DNA from: Clostridia bacterium | GTDB lineage: Bacteria > Bacillota > Clostridia > UBA1212 > DUPL01 | DNA: 64,000 nt | Assembly: GCA_050951325.1 (NCBI GenBank) | Contig: JBMNIW010000005.1 | Coordinates: forward strand, 96,001-160,000 | Direction: 5' to 3' | Shown: positions 10,028 to 20,196 of the stretch, piece by piece | Layout: each line of letters starts with the position of its first letter | Position numbering within the stretch: position 1 is the stretch's first letter | Position numbers and translations under genes: made by a program | The notes under the pieces: generated by a model | Databases searched by the model: none | What the model was told of the DNA's origin: nothing | Seen by the model: the letters and a program-made list of their open reading frames with translations, nothing else

Positions 10028-12157
10028 ATGAAAGGGAGCATTTCAGTATTTGTTTGTCTGATTCTAGCCGCCGTCATTCTGCTTAACTGCGTTCTGATTG
10101 ATACGGCGAAGGTGTATTCATTAAAATCAGGACTTTCAGCAAGAGTTGCCTTGTCAGGAGAATCTCTGCTGGCAGGTTATGATTCTATATTAAGAGAGCA
10201 TTACAACCTCTTTGCTTTGAATGGAGGAAAGAATCTCAAAGAGGAGTTTCTTACGTATTTCAACGTGAGAAACATGGGATACAACATAGGGGGGTACTTT
10301 ATTAATACTCCGAAAGGATACCTGCCGATGGATATACATAACTACAATGTGGATAATGTTGTTGTGGAGGTTTGCGACAACTTGGCAGATCCTTCTGTTT
10401 TGGAAAAGCAGATATATGAGGAAATGAAGATACGGACGCCTTTGAATCTTGGCAAAAGCATACTTGGCAAGCTAAGGATTTTAAGTCGAACGGATAACAT
10501 GTCGGAAAGCTATTTGAAGGAAGCCGAGATAACTTCACTAATGAATGAAGTGACTGAAAAGATAGAAGAACTTAAAAGGCAGGTGGAGGGAGTATATCCT
10601 GGAGATGTTGCCTGTGTGAATGGTTATGACAAGCACAAAAGACATCTGTCATATGTTTTACTCGTATCATCTTTTGTTAATGTAATCAAATCTGAAAGTC
10701 CCGATACAAAAGAGTTTGAAAAAGCCATAACCGGGATGAAAGACGCCCTTCTAAAGATTAAGGGACAGGCCTCCATTTATCTTGAATACAATGTTAACGC
10801 AATAGCCAAGGTTAATGAAATTGAAAAGGTGCAAAAGCGTGCCAGGAATGAGATAAAGGAACTTGAAACATGGCTTGAAAAATACAGTCCAGAAGATGAG
10901 TTTGAAGTATATTACAAGCAGGTTATTACTGAGAAAAAGAATGCACTAAAAGAGAAGGTATTAAACATGGGTAACATGCACTTGCTGAAGCCGCTGAACA
11001 GCAATGCTGGTATACTTAGCAGGATTGTTGGGAGTGTAGACAGTTTGGTGCGACTTTTGGACTTTCCTGATGATTTGGTTTCGGTCAGTGATCTGGAGGG
11101 GAATATTAAGAACTTGAGTGACAAGGGAATCCAAACCAATTTGAAAGTTTATACCGGATATGAGGGGTTTGACGGGAAGTTTGCAGAATACGATCAGAGA
11201 AAGAAGGCAGAAAAGGATATTCGGAATCTGCTTAAGGAGTATGAGGCGGTGGTAATACCCCCAGAGGTGTACAGAACCCTTCCTTCAGTAGTTAGGGGAA
11301 TAGATTCCGCTAGTCTGGAAGGGAGAATGCTGTCTGAAACCGAATCCCAGCTTGCACTTAACTCTCTTGCAATTGTACATAGTATTGTTTCATTGAAGGA
11401 GGATTTCAAGAGTTTCAAGGAAGACCCGCTTGATTACTTGACAAAGGGTGTATTGATAGATGACTACATAATGACGTATTTCGGCAGTTTTGTTAAGGAG
11501 ATGGAAACAAGACCTCAATACTTAAGAAGCGAGATAGAGTACATTATAGCGGGGACTTCATACGAAAGTACAAACAGGCTTATCTGTGAATCCTTGATAT
11601 TTGCGATAAGATTTGTTCTCAATGTATTACACATAATGTGTGATGCTGACAAGGTTGATCTGGCAAACAAGATAGGAAATGCAATAGCAGGAAGCATAAC
11701 CTGTGGGATAGGGGGACCATTGTATGCGGTTTTAATCGTTGCGGGGTGGTCCATCTGTGAGTCGATGATTGATATAAAGGATTTGACAGAGGGTAGAAGG
11801 GTTCCCTTTTTAAAAAGAAAAAGCGAGTGGAGGTTTCATATAGATGGACTTCCTGGTAGTATACTCGATGATGAGTTGAATGGCTCTTCTTTTTTTAGTA
11901 TGGACTACAACGATTATTTAAGACTGCTCCTGCCTTTTGTAGGCAGAGAGACAAAGCTTTTGAGAATATGTGACTTGATTGAGCTTAACATGACTGCATT
12001 TCTTAACAGAAGATACAGTATAAACGGAATGTATGCATCTATTAAAGTAAGTATTACTGTTGATGTAGAAACTTTGATTTCATACTCCTTGTTACCAAAT
12101 CTCAAGAAAGATGACTATTTCTTTGAAATTTCGGAGGTTTATCATGGTTCGTACTGA
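10028..12157 (+). CDS. DUF5702 domain-containing TadG-like pseudopilin
   Basis: KGSISVF prepilin-like N-terminus, YD..L...YNLFA, long helical middle region, C-terminal EIEYIIAG / IRFVLN / W...ES..D...L..G..VPFLK / DYLRLLL / DLIELN. Confidence 0.75.
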   Translation: MKGSISVFVCLILAAVILLNCVLIDTAKVYSLKSGLSARVALSGESLLAGYDSILREHYNLFALNGGKNLKEEFLTYFNVRNMGYNIGGYFINTPKGYLPMDIHNYNVDNVVVEVCDNLADPSVLEKQIYEEMKIRTPLNLGKSILGKLRILSRTDNMSESYLKEAEITSLMNEVTEKIEELKRQVEGVYPGDVACVNGYDKHKRHLSYVLLVSSFVNVIKSESPDTKEFEKAITGMKDALLKIKGQASIYLEYNVNAIAKVNEIEKVQKRARNEIKELETWLEKYSPEDEFEVYYKQVITEKKNALKEKVLNMGNMHLLKPLNSNAGILSRIVGSVDSLVRLLDFPDDLVSVSDLEGNIKNLSDKGIQTNLKVYTGYEGFDGKFAEYDQRKKAEKDIRNLLKEYEAVVIPPEVYRTLPSVVRGIDSASLEGRMLSETESQLALNSLAIVHSIVSLKEDFKSFKEDPLDYLTKGVLIDDYIMTYFGSFVKEMETRPQYLRSEIEYIIAGTSYESTNRLICESLIFAIRFVLNVLHIMCDADKVDLANKIGNAIAGSITCGIGGPLYAVLIVAGWSICESMIDIKDLTEGRRVPFLKRKSEWRFHIDGLPGSILDDELNGSSFFSMDYNDYLRLLLPFVGRETKLLRICDLIELNMTAFLNRRYSINGMYASIKVSITVDVETLISYSLLPNLKKDDYFFEISEVYHGSY

Positions 12158-13124
12158 CAAAAAAGGCTCTGTTACTGTTGAAACGGCTATAACGCTGCCT
12201 TTGTTTATCTCGGTGCTGCTGATATTTTCATCTTTCCTTATTTGTATTGCGGCAGTAAACAGCATGTATTCAGCCCTATATAAAACGGCTTCCTTCTTTT
12301 CCGATTATGGTTACATATATCATGAAAAGGGAATAAAAAAGGTTGAAGATTCACTTTTGAAAGACATTGGCAGTCTTTTGGACGATAATGGAACCGGTCT
12401 TATACTGAAGCAGGCGAATATGAGACAACTTGTAGAAGGTGCAGACAACTATGTTTATGGAGAAATTGCAAAAAGCATATTCTTGCAGTATTTGAATGAA
12501 GAAAATGTTATTAAGAGCGGACTGGTAAAGTTTGATAATGTGACTTTTGCAGGAAGTAGCTTTTTTGATCATGGCGATGATGTAATATTTATTGTGCGTT
12601 GTGTTATGAAGCTGCCTCTACCGGTACCTGAGAAACTGGTTGAAGGATTTGAACTAAGGGGGAGGTTAAGGTTTCGCTGTTTCATAATTGGGGAAATGGG
12701 CTCATACAATGAAGCTGCGCCGGTAGAAACGTCTGTCTGGAGTTTAAACAACTTTGAGAGGGGAAGAATAATTAGGCAGGTGTTTGGTGCAAACCTGCCT
12801 TCAAACTATCCTGTGATTGCAAAGTTCGATAATGGAAAGGCAACAATGATAAAAAGTCTCGACCATACAGCGAAAACGTACCAGGATGTAAACACATTTA
12901 AAATGGCAATAAAGAGCATGATATTGGAGCTTTCGGAGTTTAATGGGAGAGATTACGGTGGTGTATCCATTAAAGCAGGGGATATAAAGAGGAGGGAACT
13001 TATATTGGTGATGCCAACAAATGATATGAATCCGGCGCAGGAGTTTGCTCTTATGGAGATAAGTTCTTATTGTCTGGCTAAGAATATTGTACTTATTGTG
13101 GAGAGGTACCAAGAGAAGAAATGA
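12144..13124 (+). CDS. TadE-like pseudopilin with C-terminal degenerate CdiA-CT (EC869-like) nuclease-fold domain
   Basis: KKGSVTVETAITLP prepilin motif; C-terminal WSLNNFERG...LP.NYPVIAKF.NGKATMIKSLD.TAKTYQ...I..RELILVMP; GGAGG RBS. Confidence 0.7.
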   Translation: MVRTDKKGSVTVETAITLPLFISVLLIFSSFLICIAAVNSMYSALYKTASFFSDYGYIYHEKGIKKVEDSLLKDIGSLLDDNGTGLILKQANMRQLVEGADNYVYGEIAKSIFLQYLNEENVIKSGLVKFDNVTFAGSSFFDHGDDVIFIVRCVMKLPLPVPEKLVEGFELRGRLRFRCFIIGEMGSYNEAAPVETSVWSLNNFERGRIIRQVFGANLPSNYPVIAKFDNGKATMIKSLDHTAKTYQDVNTFKMAIKSMILELSEFNGRDYGGVSIKAGDIKRRELILVMPTNDMNPAQEFALMEISSYCLAKNIVLIVERYQEKK

Positions 13125-13174
13125 CTTGTTACAATTTCTATATTCTGTTATAATACCGGCAGGAGGGATAAAAA

Positions 13175-14008
13175 ATGTGGTTTGATAAGGCATGCCAGGC
13201 TGCAGATTATATCAAAATGAAAATAACGGAAAAATACAAGGATTACAAAGCTCCTAAAGTTTGTATTGTGCTGGGTTCTGCGCTGGGCAGTTTTGCGGAT
13301 AGAATTGAGTCTCCACTAATTATACCGTATAGAGATATTGAGGGTTTTTCAGTTTCCACGGTAAGCGGACATGCAGGTAGACTTATTTATGGTTTTGTTA
13401 AGGAGAACCCCATTCTGTGCATGCAGGGCCGTACCCACATATATGAGGGAAATTCGCCTCAACAGGTTGTTCTTCCTTTAAGAGCATGCACTCTGCTGGG
13501 TGCAAAAAATGTAGTTCTGACAAATGCCGCAGGTGCCATTAACTACGATTACAATGTTGGAGAATTTATGGTTATAGAAGATCATTTGAGTTTCTTTCTT
13601 GATTCTCCCTTGTTTGGTAAGAATGAAGATGATTTGGGTCTCAGGTTTCCTTCCATGGATGAGGCTTATGATAAAGAATTAAGAGAAATTGCAATTGAAT
13701 GTGCAAAAGAATTAGGAATATCAGTTCACAGCGGCGTATACGCATATATGAAAGGGCCTCAGTTTGAGACTCCTGCTGAAATAAGAGCCCTTCGAATACT
13801 AGGCGCAGACGCTGTAGGAATGTCAACAGTACCTGAAACCATAGCATGCGTGCACGCTGGTGCAAAGGTTTTGGGAATATCCTGCTTGTCAAATCTGGCT
13901 GCAGGGATGAGTGAGAAAAAACTTAGTCACGAAGATGTCAATAGGATGGAAGACATTGTTGCTAAGGAATTTGGTGATTGGATGGAGGCTTTAATATGCC
14001 GATTGTAA
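13175..14008 (+). CDS. punA: Purine-nucleoside phosphorylase (trimeric type)
   Basis: VLGS.LG, STVSGHAG, QGR.H.YEG, GPQFETPAE, GMSTVPE. Confidence 0.92.
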   Translation: MWFDKACQAADYIKMKITEKYKDYKAPKVCIVLGSALGSFADRIESPLIIPYRDIEGFSVSTVSGHAGRLIYGFVKENPILCMQGRTHIYEGNSPQQVVLPLRACTLLGAKNVVLTNAAGAINYDYNVGEFMVIEDHLSFFLDSPLFGKNEDDLGLRFPSMDEAYDKELREIAIECAKELGISVHSGVYAYMKGPQFETPAEIRALRILGADAVGMSTVPETIACVHAGAKVLGISCLSNLAAGMSEKKLSHEDVNRMEDIVAKEFGDWMEALICRL

Positions 14009-15309
14009 TCAAGGATGCATGCATATACAAACATGCGCCGGGCGGAGCCCTCGTAAATGCAAATATATTTATAAAAGGAAACAAGATTCATAGAATAACA
14101 GACGATCAGGATGAAGTAAAAAGATTTATCGATGAAAATCCAGAAGTGGAAATAATAAGCGGTAAGAATAGAATTGTTCTACCTGGATTTGTAAATGCTC
14201 ATACACATTCTCCGATGTCTGTTTTTAGAAATTATGCGTCCGACAGATCTTTGCATGACTGGCTTTTCAATATGATTATCCCCAAGGAACAGCTTTTGAC
14301 TGAGGAGGATGCATATTGGACCAGCCTTGCCTCCCAGGCAGAGATGATAAGAAGTGGAACATGTGCTTTTGCTGACATGTATTTTCATTTTGAGTCTCTT
14401 GTCAGAGCTGTCAGAGAAAGCGGCATGCGTGTCAATTTGTCTGTAATGCCTCTTGCGAACAAGTGGGTAGACGGAAAAAGACAAACAGTTAGTAATGCGC
14501 AGGAAGCAATATCATTGTACAAGAAGTACAATGATGATGAAATGATAAAGCTATATTCGGAACTGCATTCGATTTATCTTTATGATATTGACATGATACA
14601 TGTAAATGTAGAAGTTGCCAAAGAGTTAAATACAGGCATTCACATACATCTACATGAAACGGAAAAGGAAGTAAATGACTGTTTGAAGGAATATAACAAA
14701 AGGCCTATTGAGCTACTCAGAGAAAACGGGGTGTTTACGAGGCCTGTTATTGCAGCTCATTGTGTTGTTATGAATGATGATGATATAGAAATATTGAAAG
14801 AAGAGAATATTAATGTTTGCGAAAACATATCATCCAATTTGAAACTGGTAAGTGGTATTCCGAGAATTCCGGAAATGCTTGAAAAGGGTGTAAATGTTGC
14901 CCTTGGTACTGACGGGTGTGCAAGTAACAATAATCTAAACATGTTTGAAGAGATGCACATTTCTGCGATAGTTCACAAGAATCAGATGAAGGATCCGACT
15001 GTAATGCCCGCCCACAAATTAATAGAGATGGCGACAAAAAACGGATACGATGCAGTTGGTTTTAAAGACAGGGCGGGTGATGTGGCTGAAGGAATGCTGG
15101 CTGACTTGATGATGGTTGACATATCTAGTCTTCACTGCACACCGATTAATGAAGTTGCTGCCTGTATTGTATACAGCATGCAGGCGTCCGATGTGGACAC
15201 TGTAATTATCAATGGCAGGACTGTTATGAAGAATAAAGAGCTTGTTACGATAGATGAAGAGCTTGTAAAACACAAGGTAAGGACAGTTGCAAAGCGACTG
15301 GGGCTATAG
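13996..15309 (+). CDS. mtaD: Amidohydrolase, MTA/SAH deaminase (MtaD-like)
   Basis: VNAHTH, IHIHLHET, AAHCV, SNLKL.SG, LGTDG.ASNN. Confidence 0.8.
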   Translation: MPIVIKDACIYKHAPGGALVNANIFIKGNKIHRITDDQDEVKRFIDENPEVEIISGKNRIVLPGFVNAHTHSPMSVFRNYASDRSLHDWLFNMIIPKEQLLTEEDAYWTSLASQAEMIRSGTCAFADMYFHFESLVRAVRESGMRVNLSVMPLANKWVDGKRQTVSNAQEAISLYKKYNDDEMIKLYSELHSIYLYDIDMIHVNVEVAKELNTGIHIHLHETEKEVNDCLKEYNKRPIELLRENGVFTRPVIAAHCVVMNDDDIEILKEENINVCENISSNLKLVSGIPRIPEMLEKGVNVALGTDGCASNNNLNMFEEMHISAIVHKNQMKDPTVMPAHKLIEMATKNGYDAVGFKDRAGDVAEGMLADLMMVDISSLHCTPINEVAACIVYSMQASDVDTVIINGRTVMKNKELVTIDEELVKHKVRTVAKRLGL

Positions 15310-15324
15310 TAAAGGAGAGTTGTC

Positions 15325-16179
15325 ATGTTAACGATAAATGATAACAATGCGAGATATGTAATAATAGATTCGAGTCTTGAAGATACCGAGGAAATTGCCA
15401 TGGAGGACAATGTCTTGGTATTGCCTTTTGATGGCACGAAGATATATGAGGTGATACGTTATATTGATGGTGAACCTTTGTTTCTTGAGGATCATTATAA
15501 AAGACTTGTAGATAGTGCGAACACTGCAGGAATCAAAAATCTGATTTCCATGAGTGCATTAAGAGAATATGGGAAAGTTTTGCTTGAGGTAAACAGCCAA
15601 AAGGACTGCAATCTTAAGTTCATCTGTGCAAAAGGCGATGAGGAATCCTACGACAACTTCATAGTCTACCTAAGCAAGTTTTATTACCCTGAACCACAGG
15701 TTTACAAAACAGGTGTTGAAACAAGGGTAGTAGAGGAGACAAGAGAAAATCCTAATGCAAAGATTAGCAGGAAAGAGTATATAGATAAAATTAATGAATT
15801 TAAAGCAAAGCATAATATATACGAAGCAATTCTTAAAAACGATAAAGGTTTCCTGACAGAAGGCAGCAAGTCAAATCTGTTTTTTGTCAAGGGTGACACA
15901 GTATATACTGCACCACCCAGTCAGGTTTTGGTTGGAACAATGAGAAAGTATGTACTTAAAGCATGTGAAAACAATATGATTCCTATCAAGTTGGAGGCGG
16001 TTCATCACGATAATATTAGTGAGTATGATGCTGCTTTTTTGACAGGTACGTCAATAAAAGTTTTGCCAATTGTGAAAATAGACGAAGTTGAATATAAATC
16101 ATCAAAAAATGAAATCGTTTTAAAACTGATGAAGGGTCTTGAACAAATTATTAAAGAGTATTACAATTCCAATAATTAA
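15325..16179 (+). CDS. Aminotransferase class IV family protein
   Basis: IYEVIR, R.NPNAK, TEGSKSNLFF, L.GTMR, FLTGTS. Confidence 0.85.
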   Translation: MLTINDNNARYVIIDSSLEDTEEIAMEDNVLVLPFDGTKIYEVIRYIDGEPLFLEDHYKRLVDSANTAGIKNLISMSALREYGKVLLEVNSQKDCNLKFICAKGDEESYDNFIVYLSKFYYPEPQVYKTGVETRVVEETRENPNAKISRKEYIDKINEFKAKHNIYEAILKNDKGFLTEGSKSNLFFVKGDTVYTAPPSQVLVGTMRKYVLKACENNMIPIKLEAVHHDNISEYDAAFLTGTSIKVLPIVKIDEVEYKSSKNEIVLKLMKGLEQIIKEYYNSNN

Positions 16180-16203
16180 ATAATGGAAAGTGGGGGAGAT
16201 AAC

Positions 16204-17019
16204 ATGAAAATTGCCTTTTCAACCTTGGGATGCCCCGATTGGTCTTTTTCGGAGATACTGTCTACAGCCAAAGATTTTGGTTATAATGGTATAGAAATCA
16301 GGGGTTTGAAGAATGAAATATTTGCACCAGCAGCGAGAGAGTTTAAAGAAGACAGAATTGAAACTACTAGGCAGTCTTTAAAAGAACTTGGTCTCGAAAT
16401 TGCGTGCTTTTCTTCTGCCAGCTATCTTTTTGATAAGAAGAATACTGAAGATGCCATTAAGGAAGGATGTAGTTATATAGATTTGGCGAACAAGATGGGT
16501 GTTGAATACGTAAGAGTTCTTGGTGACAGGGACCCGCATCCATCCAAAGACATTGATGATGACTTTGTAAGAGAAAATCTGCAGTATCTTGTTGACTACG
16601 GAAATGACAAAGGAGTAGTCCCTTTAATTGAGACTAACGGCGTCTTTGCTGATTCCAAAAGACTCGTCAAACTGGTTGATAAAATAGATGGAAATGTAGG
16701 TATTCTATGGGATATCCATCATCCGTGCAGGTTTTTCAGGGAGAATCCTCAAGATACTTTTGATAGGATTGAACCGTATTTGAGATATGTTCATTTCAAA
16801 GATTCCGTATTTGAATCCGGTCAGGTGAGATACAAGATGCCCGGATACGGTGATCTTCCTGTCAGACAGGCTATCAACCTCCTTTTGGATAATGATTTTG
16901 AAGGCTATGTTTCTTTGGAATGGGTTAAAAGATGGTATTATGATCTTGAGGAACCAGGAGTAGTATTCATGCATTTTGCACATTATATTAGAAAACTAGA
17001 AAGAAAGAAAGGTAAGTAA
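16204..17019 (+). CDS. Sugar phosphate isomerase/epimerase (xylose isomerase-like TIM barrel)
   Basis: MKIAFSTLGCPDW, LWDIHHP, VHFKD, SLEW. Confidence 0.85.
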   Translation: MKIAFSTLGCPDWSFSEILSTAKDFGYNGIEIRGLKNEIFAPAAREFKEDRIETTRQSLKELGLEIACFSSASYLFDKKNTEDAIKEGCSYIDLANKMGVEYVRVLGDRDPHPSKDIDDDFVRENLQYLVDYGNDKGVVPLIETNGVFADSKRLVKLVDKIDGNVGILWDIHHPCRFFRENPQDTFDRIEPYLRYVHFKDSVFESGQVRYKMPGYGDLPVRQAINLLLDNDFEGYVSLEWVKRWYYDLEEPGVVFMHFAHYIRKLERKKGK

Positions 17020-17022
17020 AAT

Positions 17023-18747
17023 ATGAAGAATATACCGCTATATGAAGTAGATCAAATTTCTACATTAAAGGACATGATAATTAATTCCGAAAAGAAGTTC
17101 GGAGACAAACCGGCGTTTTTAAAGAAGGTCCCAGGAATCGACAATTATGTACCTGTAACATATAAACAGTACAAGAAAGATGTGGATGCGTTAGGCACCA
17201 AGCTTATTGATCTGGGATACAAAGACGAAAAGATAGTGATTATTGGTGAAAATAGGTACGAATGGTCTTGTTCTTATCTTGCTGTTGTAAATGGAGTAGG
17301 AGTTGTTGTTCCTCTTGACAAGGAACTTCCGGAAAATGAGATAGAACTGTCAGTCAACAGGGCAGAGGCAAGTCTTGTTATTTTTTCACCAAAACTAATT
17401 GACAAGATAGATAATTTATATAGTAAACTTCCAACTGTCAAGGAATATATTGTGATGGATGACGAATCCAGTGACGACAGATTTGTTGCCTTTGGTAAAC
17501 TGTTGAAGGATGGCCATGAACTGCTTGATAAGGGAGACGATAGATTTACAAGTAGTGAAATAGATCCTGAAGAAATGAAGATTCTTCTGTTTACTTCAGG
17601 TACAACAGATGTTGCAAAGGCTGTAATGCTTAGTCATAGGAATATATGTGAAAACCTTATGGCCATGTGTTCCATGACATACATTGATGAAAATGACGTT
17701 TTTCTTTCAATACTGCCCATACATCATACTTATGAGTGCACCTGTGGTTTCCTTTGTCCTTTGTACAGAGGCAGCACTGTTGCTTATTGCGAAGGACTCA
17801 GACATATTGCGAAGAATATGGCTGAAGCCAAAGTTACAATTGTTCTCGGCGTGCCATTGGTATTTGAGTCCATGTACAAGAAAATTTGGGACGGTATAAG
17901 GAAGGCAAAACAGGAGAAAAAGGTCAGGTTTGCTATTAGACTTAACAACTTCTTGAAGATTCTTGGTATGGATAAATCTAAAAATATGTTTGAAAAAATT
18001 CATGCTAGTTTTGGCGGTCATTTGAGACTTTTAATCAGTGGAGCTGCTGCAATTGATCCTGAAGTTGCCAAAGGTTTCAGGGATTTGGGCATACTTTTCA
18101 TACAAGGCTATGGTCTTACCGAGTGTGCACCCATTGTTGCGCTTAACAGGAATGTGGATTTCAAGGACGCAGCAGCAGGTTTGCCAATGCCTGGTGTTGA
18201 TATAGTTATAGATAATCCTGATGAAAATGGCATAGGAGAAATTATTGTAAAAGGTCCAAATGTCATGCTCGGATATTACAAGGATGAAGCTGCTACCAAG
18301 CAGGTAATTGACTCCAAAGGATATTTCCACACAGGTGACCTTGGCTATATGGATAAAGAAAAGTTTGTTTATATTACTGGAAAAAAGAAGAATGTAATTG
18401 TTACAAAGAATGGTAAGAACATATTCCCTGAGGAAATTGAATATCTTCTTTTAAAGAGCCCATATATACAGGAAGTGCTGGTTTATGCCTCAGATGAAGC
18501 GGGAGATACCATTGTAAAGGCAAATATATTCCCCAATTTTGAAAAGATTGAGGAAGACTTCAAAAATGGTGTAATATCATCTGATAACGTTGAGGCAATA
18601 ATCCAAAGTGAGATTAAAAATGTTAACAAGCAGTTGGTTAACTACAAATCGATTAGAGGTTTCAATATAAGGGAAACAGAGTTTAGCAAGACCACTACTA
18701 GAAAGATAAAGAGGTATGTTGAAGAAAATAAAGTGGAGAACGATTAA
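17023..18747 (+). CDS. Long-chain fatty acid-CoA ligase (AMP-binding)
   Basis: LFTSGTT...KAVMLSH, QGYGLTE, FHTGDLG, GKNIFPEEIE. Confidence 0.9.
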   Translation: MKNIPLYEVDQISTLKDMIINSEKKFGDKPAFLKKVPGIDNYVPVTYKQYKKDVDALGTKLIDLGYKDEKIVIIGENRYEWSCSYLAVVNGVGVVVPLDKELPENEIELSVNRAEASLVIFSPKLIDKIDNLYSKLPTVKEYIVMDDESSDDRFVAFGKLLKDGHELLDKGDDRFTSSEIDPEEMKILLFTSGTTDVAKAVMLSHRNICENLMAMCSMTYIDENDVFLSILPIHHTYECTCGFLCPLYRGSTVAYCEGLRHIAKNMAEAKVTIVLGVPLVFESMYKKIWDGIRKAKQEKKVRFAIRLNNFLKILGMDKSKNMFEKIHASFGGHLRLLISGAAAIDPEVAKGFRDLGILFIQGYGLTECAPIVALNRNVDFKDAAAGLPMPGVDIVIDNPDENGIGEIIVKGPNVMLGYYKDEAATKQVIDSKGYFHTGDLGYMDKEKFVYITGKKKNVIVTKNGKNIFPEEIEYLLLKSPYIQEVLVYASDEAGDTIVKANIFPNFEKIEEDFKNGVISSDNVEAIIQSEIKNVNKQLVNYKSIRGFNIRETEFSKTTTRKIKRYVEENKVEND

Positions 18748-18753
18748 AGCGCT

Positions 18754-20196
18754 ATGAAAAGATGTGATGTAGCAGTCATTACTAATAATTCAAGTGGTAT
18801 AAATTTGGCCATTAATTTGGACCGAAAAGAGTATCATGTTGCCTTGTATGATGTGGATATAGTAATCGATGGGAAAGTTACTACTGTAAAGGACCAGAAT
18901 ACAAGGCTCATTAGTACTGACATACAGCAGATTTATGACTTGAGTACGCTTCTTTTAATATTGGATGATCCGAAAATTGTGTTTATTATCGGAGACAACA
19001 ATGTGTTTGCGGAGCAAATGCTGTCAGTTTTAAAGGAAAGACTTGATGCAGGAGATATAGTAATTGACTGCTGCAATACATATTACGAGGATACTGCAAA
19101 CAGAACCAGGTCCTTTGAGCAGATGGGGATTCTTTATCTGGGTACTGGCCTTGTTGGCGATACTTTGAAACAACCTTGCCTTATGCCTGGAGGTTCATAC
19201 AGTGCGTATATGGCTTCGATAGACATTCTTCAGGATTTGTCTGACAAGCATTGTACATATATGGGCCCAGACGGCGCCGGCCAGTTTGTAAAAATGGTTC
19301 ATGATGCTATAGAATGGTCCATTTTACAGCTAATATCTGAGCACATTGGTGTTCTTAGAGCAGGACTGGACTTGGAATATGAGGAACTCCATTACCTTCT
19401 GTGTGACTGGAATTCCAAAGAGACTTTAAACAGCTATTTGCTCGATGTTGTTGCTGACATTATTGGAAGATACGACTTCGAATCAAGACGACCTCTTATC
19501 GATATTGCTTCTGATGTGGTTGGTTTTGATCTGTCGTCCAGCTGGATTGGTAAGAGTGCCATGCTTTTGGCGGTACCAATTCCAACACTTACAGAAGCAA
19601 TAAATGTGAGATTCCTTACATACATGAAAGGCGAGAGGCAGGCAATATCAAATTTTCTGCCTTCGTTTTCAATAAAAGTATCTGGAAATGAAAGTCAAAG
19701 CTATATCTCAAGAGCGGAAAGCTCCTTGTACATATGTTTAAGTTTGACATATGTTCAAGGTTTTGATTTGATTGCAAAAGCCTCTGATATGTATGGGTGG
19801 CAAATGAACATTGGAGACGTTGCTCAAGCATTTTCCAATGGTTCGTATATCAAATCAAGAATGCTTAACAGAATAGTGAATCTTTTAAAGAAAAACAGAA
19901 GTTATAAAAATCTTTTAATGGACTCCGATTATTTGCGTGTGTCAACATCTCATTTTCCTTCGTTAAGAAGAATGGTAGCAACTGCTGCTGAAGGAGGGTA
20001 TCCGATGCCATGCACTTTTGCATGTCTTTCATACCTTGACACAGTAGCACAATCAAAACTTCCAACGGGCATTATTCAACTTGCCAGCGACTATATTAAT
20101 GGAAGCGGGTATGAAAGAATCGATAAAGATGGGGTTTTCTATGCGGATTGGCATGACCCCAATTCTGGAACAAGAAGTATAAAATCAAGAACCTGA
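18754..20196 (+). CDS. Divergent 6-phosphogluconate dehydrogenase (GndA) homolog, probably not a functional 6PGDH
   Basis: Collinear with Gnd (GDIVID..N, MPGG, GAGQFVKMVH..IE, YERIDK.GVF..DW), but cofactor and phosphate motifs are degenerate. Confidence 0.75.
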   Translation: MKRCDVAVITNNSSGINLAINLDRKEYHVALYDVDIVIDGKVTTVKDQNTRLISTDIQQIYDLSTLLLILDDPKIVFIIGDNNVFAEQMLSVLKERLDAGDIVIDCCNTYYEDTANRTRSFEQMGILYLGTGLVGDTLKQPCLMPGGSYSAYMASIDILQDLSDKHCTYMGPDGAGQFVKMVHDAIEWSILQLISEHIGVLRAGLDLEYEELHYLLCDWNSKETLNSYLLDVVADIIGRYDFESRRPLIDIASDVVGFDLSSSWIGKSAMLLAVPIPTLTEAINVRFLTYMKGERQAISNFLPSFSIKVSGNESQSYISRAESSLYICLSLTYVQGFDLIAKASDMYGWQMNIGDVAQAFSNGSYIKSRMLNRIVNLLKKNRSYKNLLMDSDYLRVSTSHFPSLRRMVATAAEGGYPMPCTFACLSYLDTVAQSKLPTGIIQLASDYINGSGYERIDKDGVFYADWHDPNSGTRSIKSRT

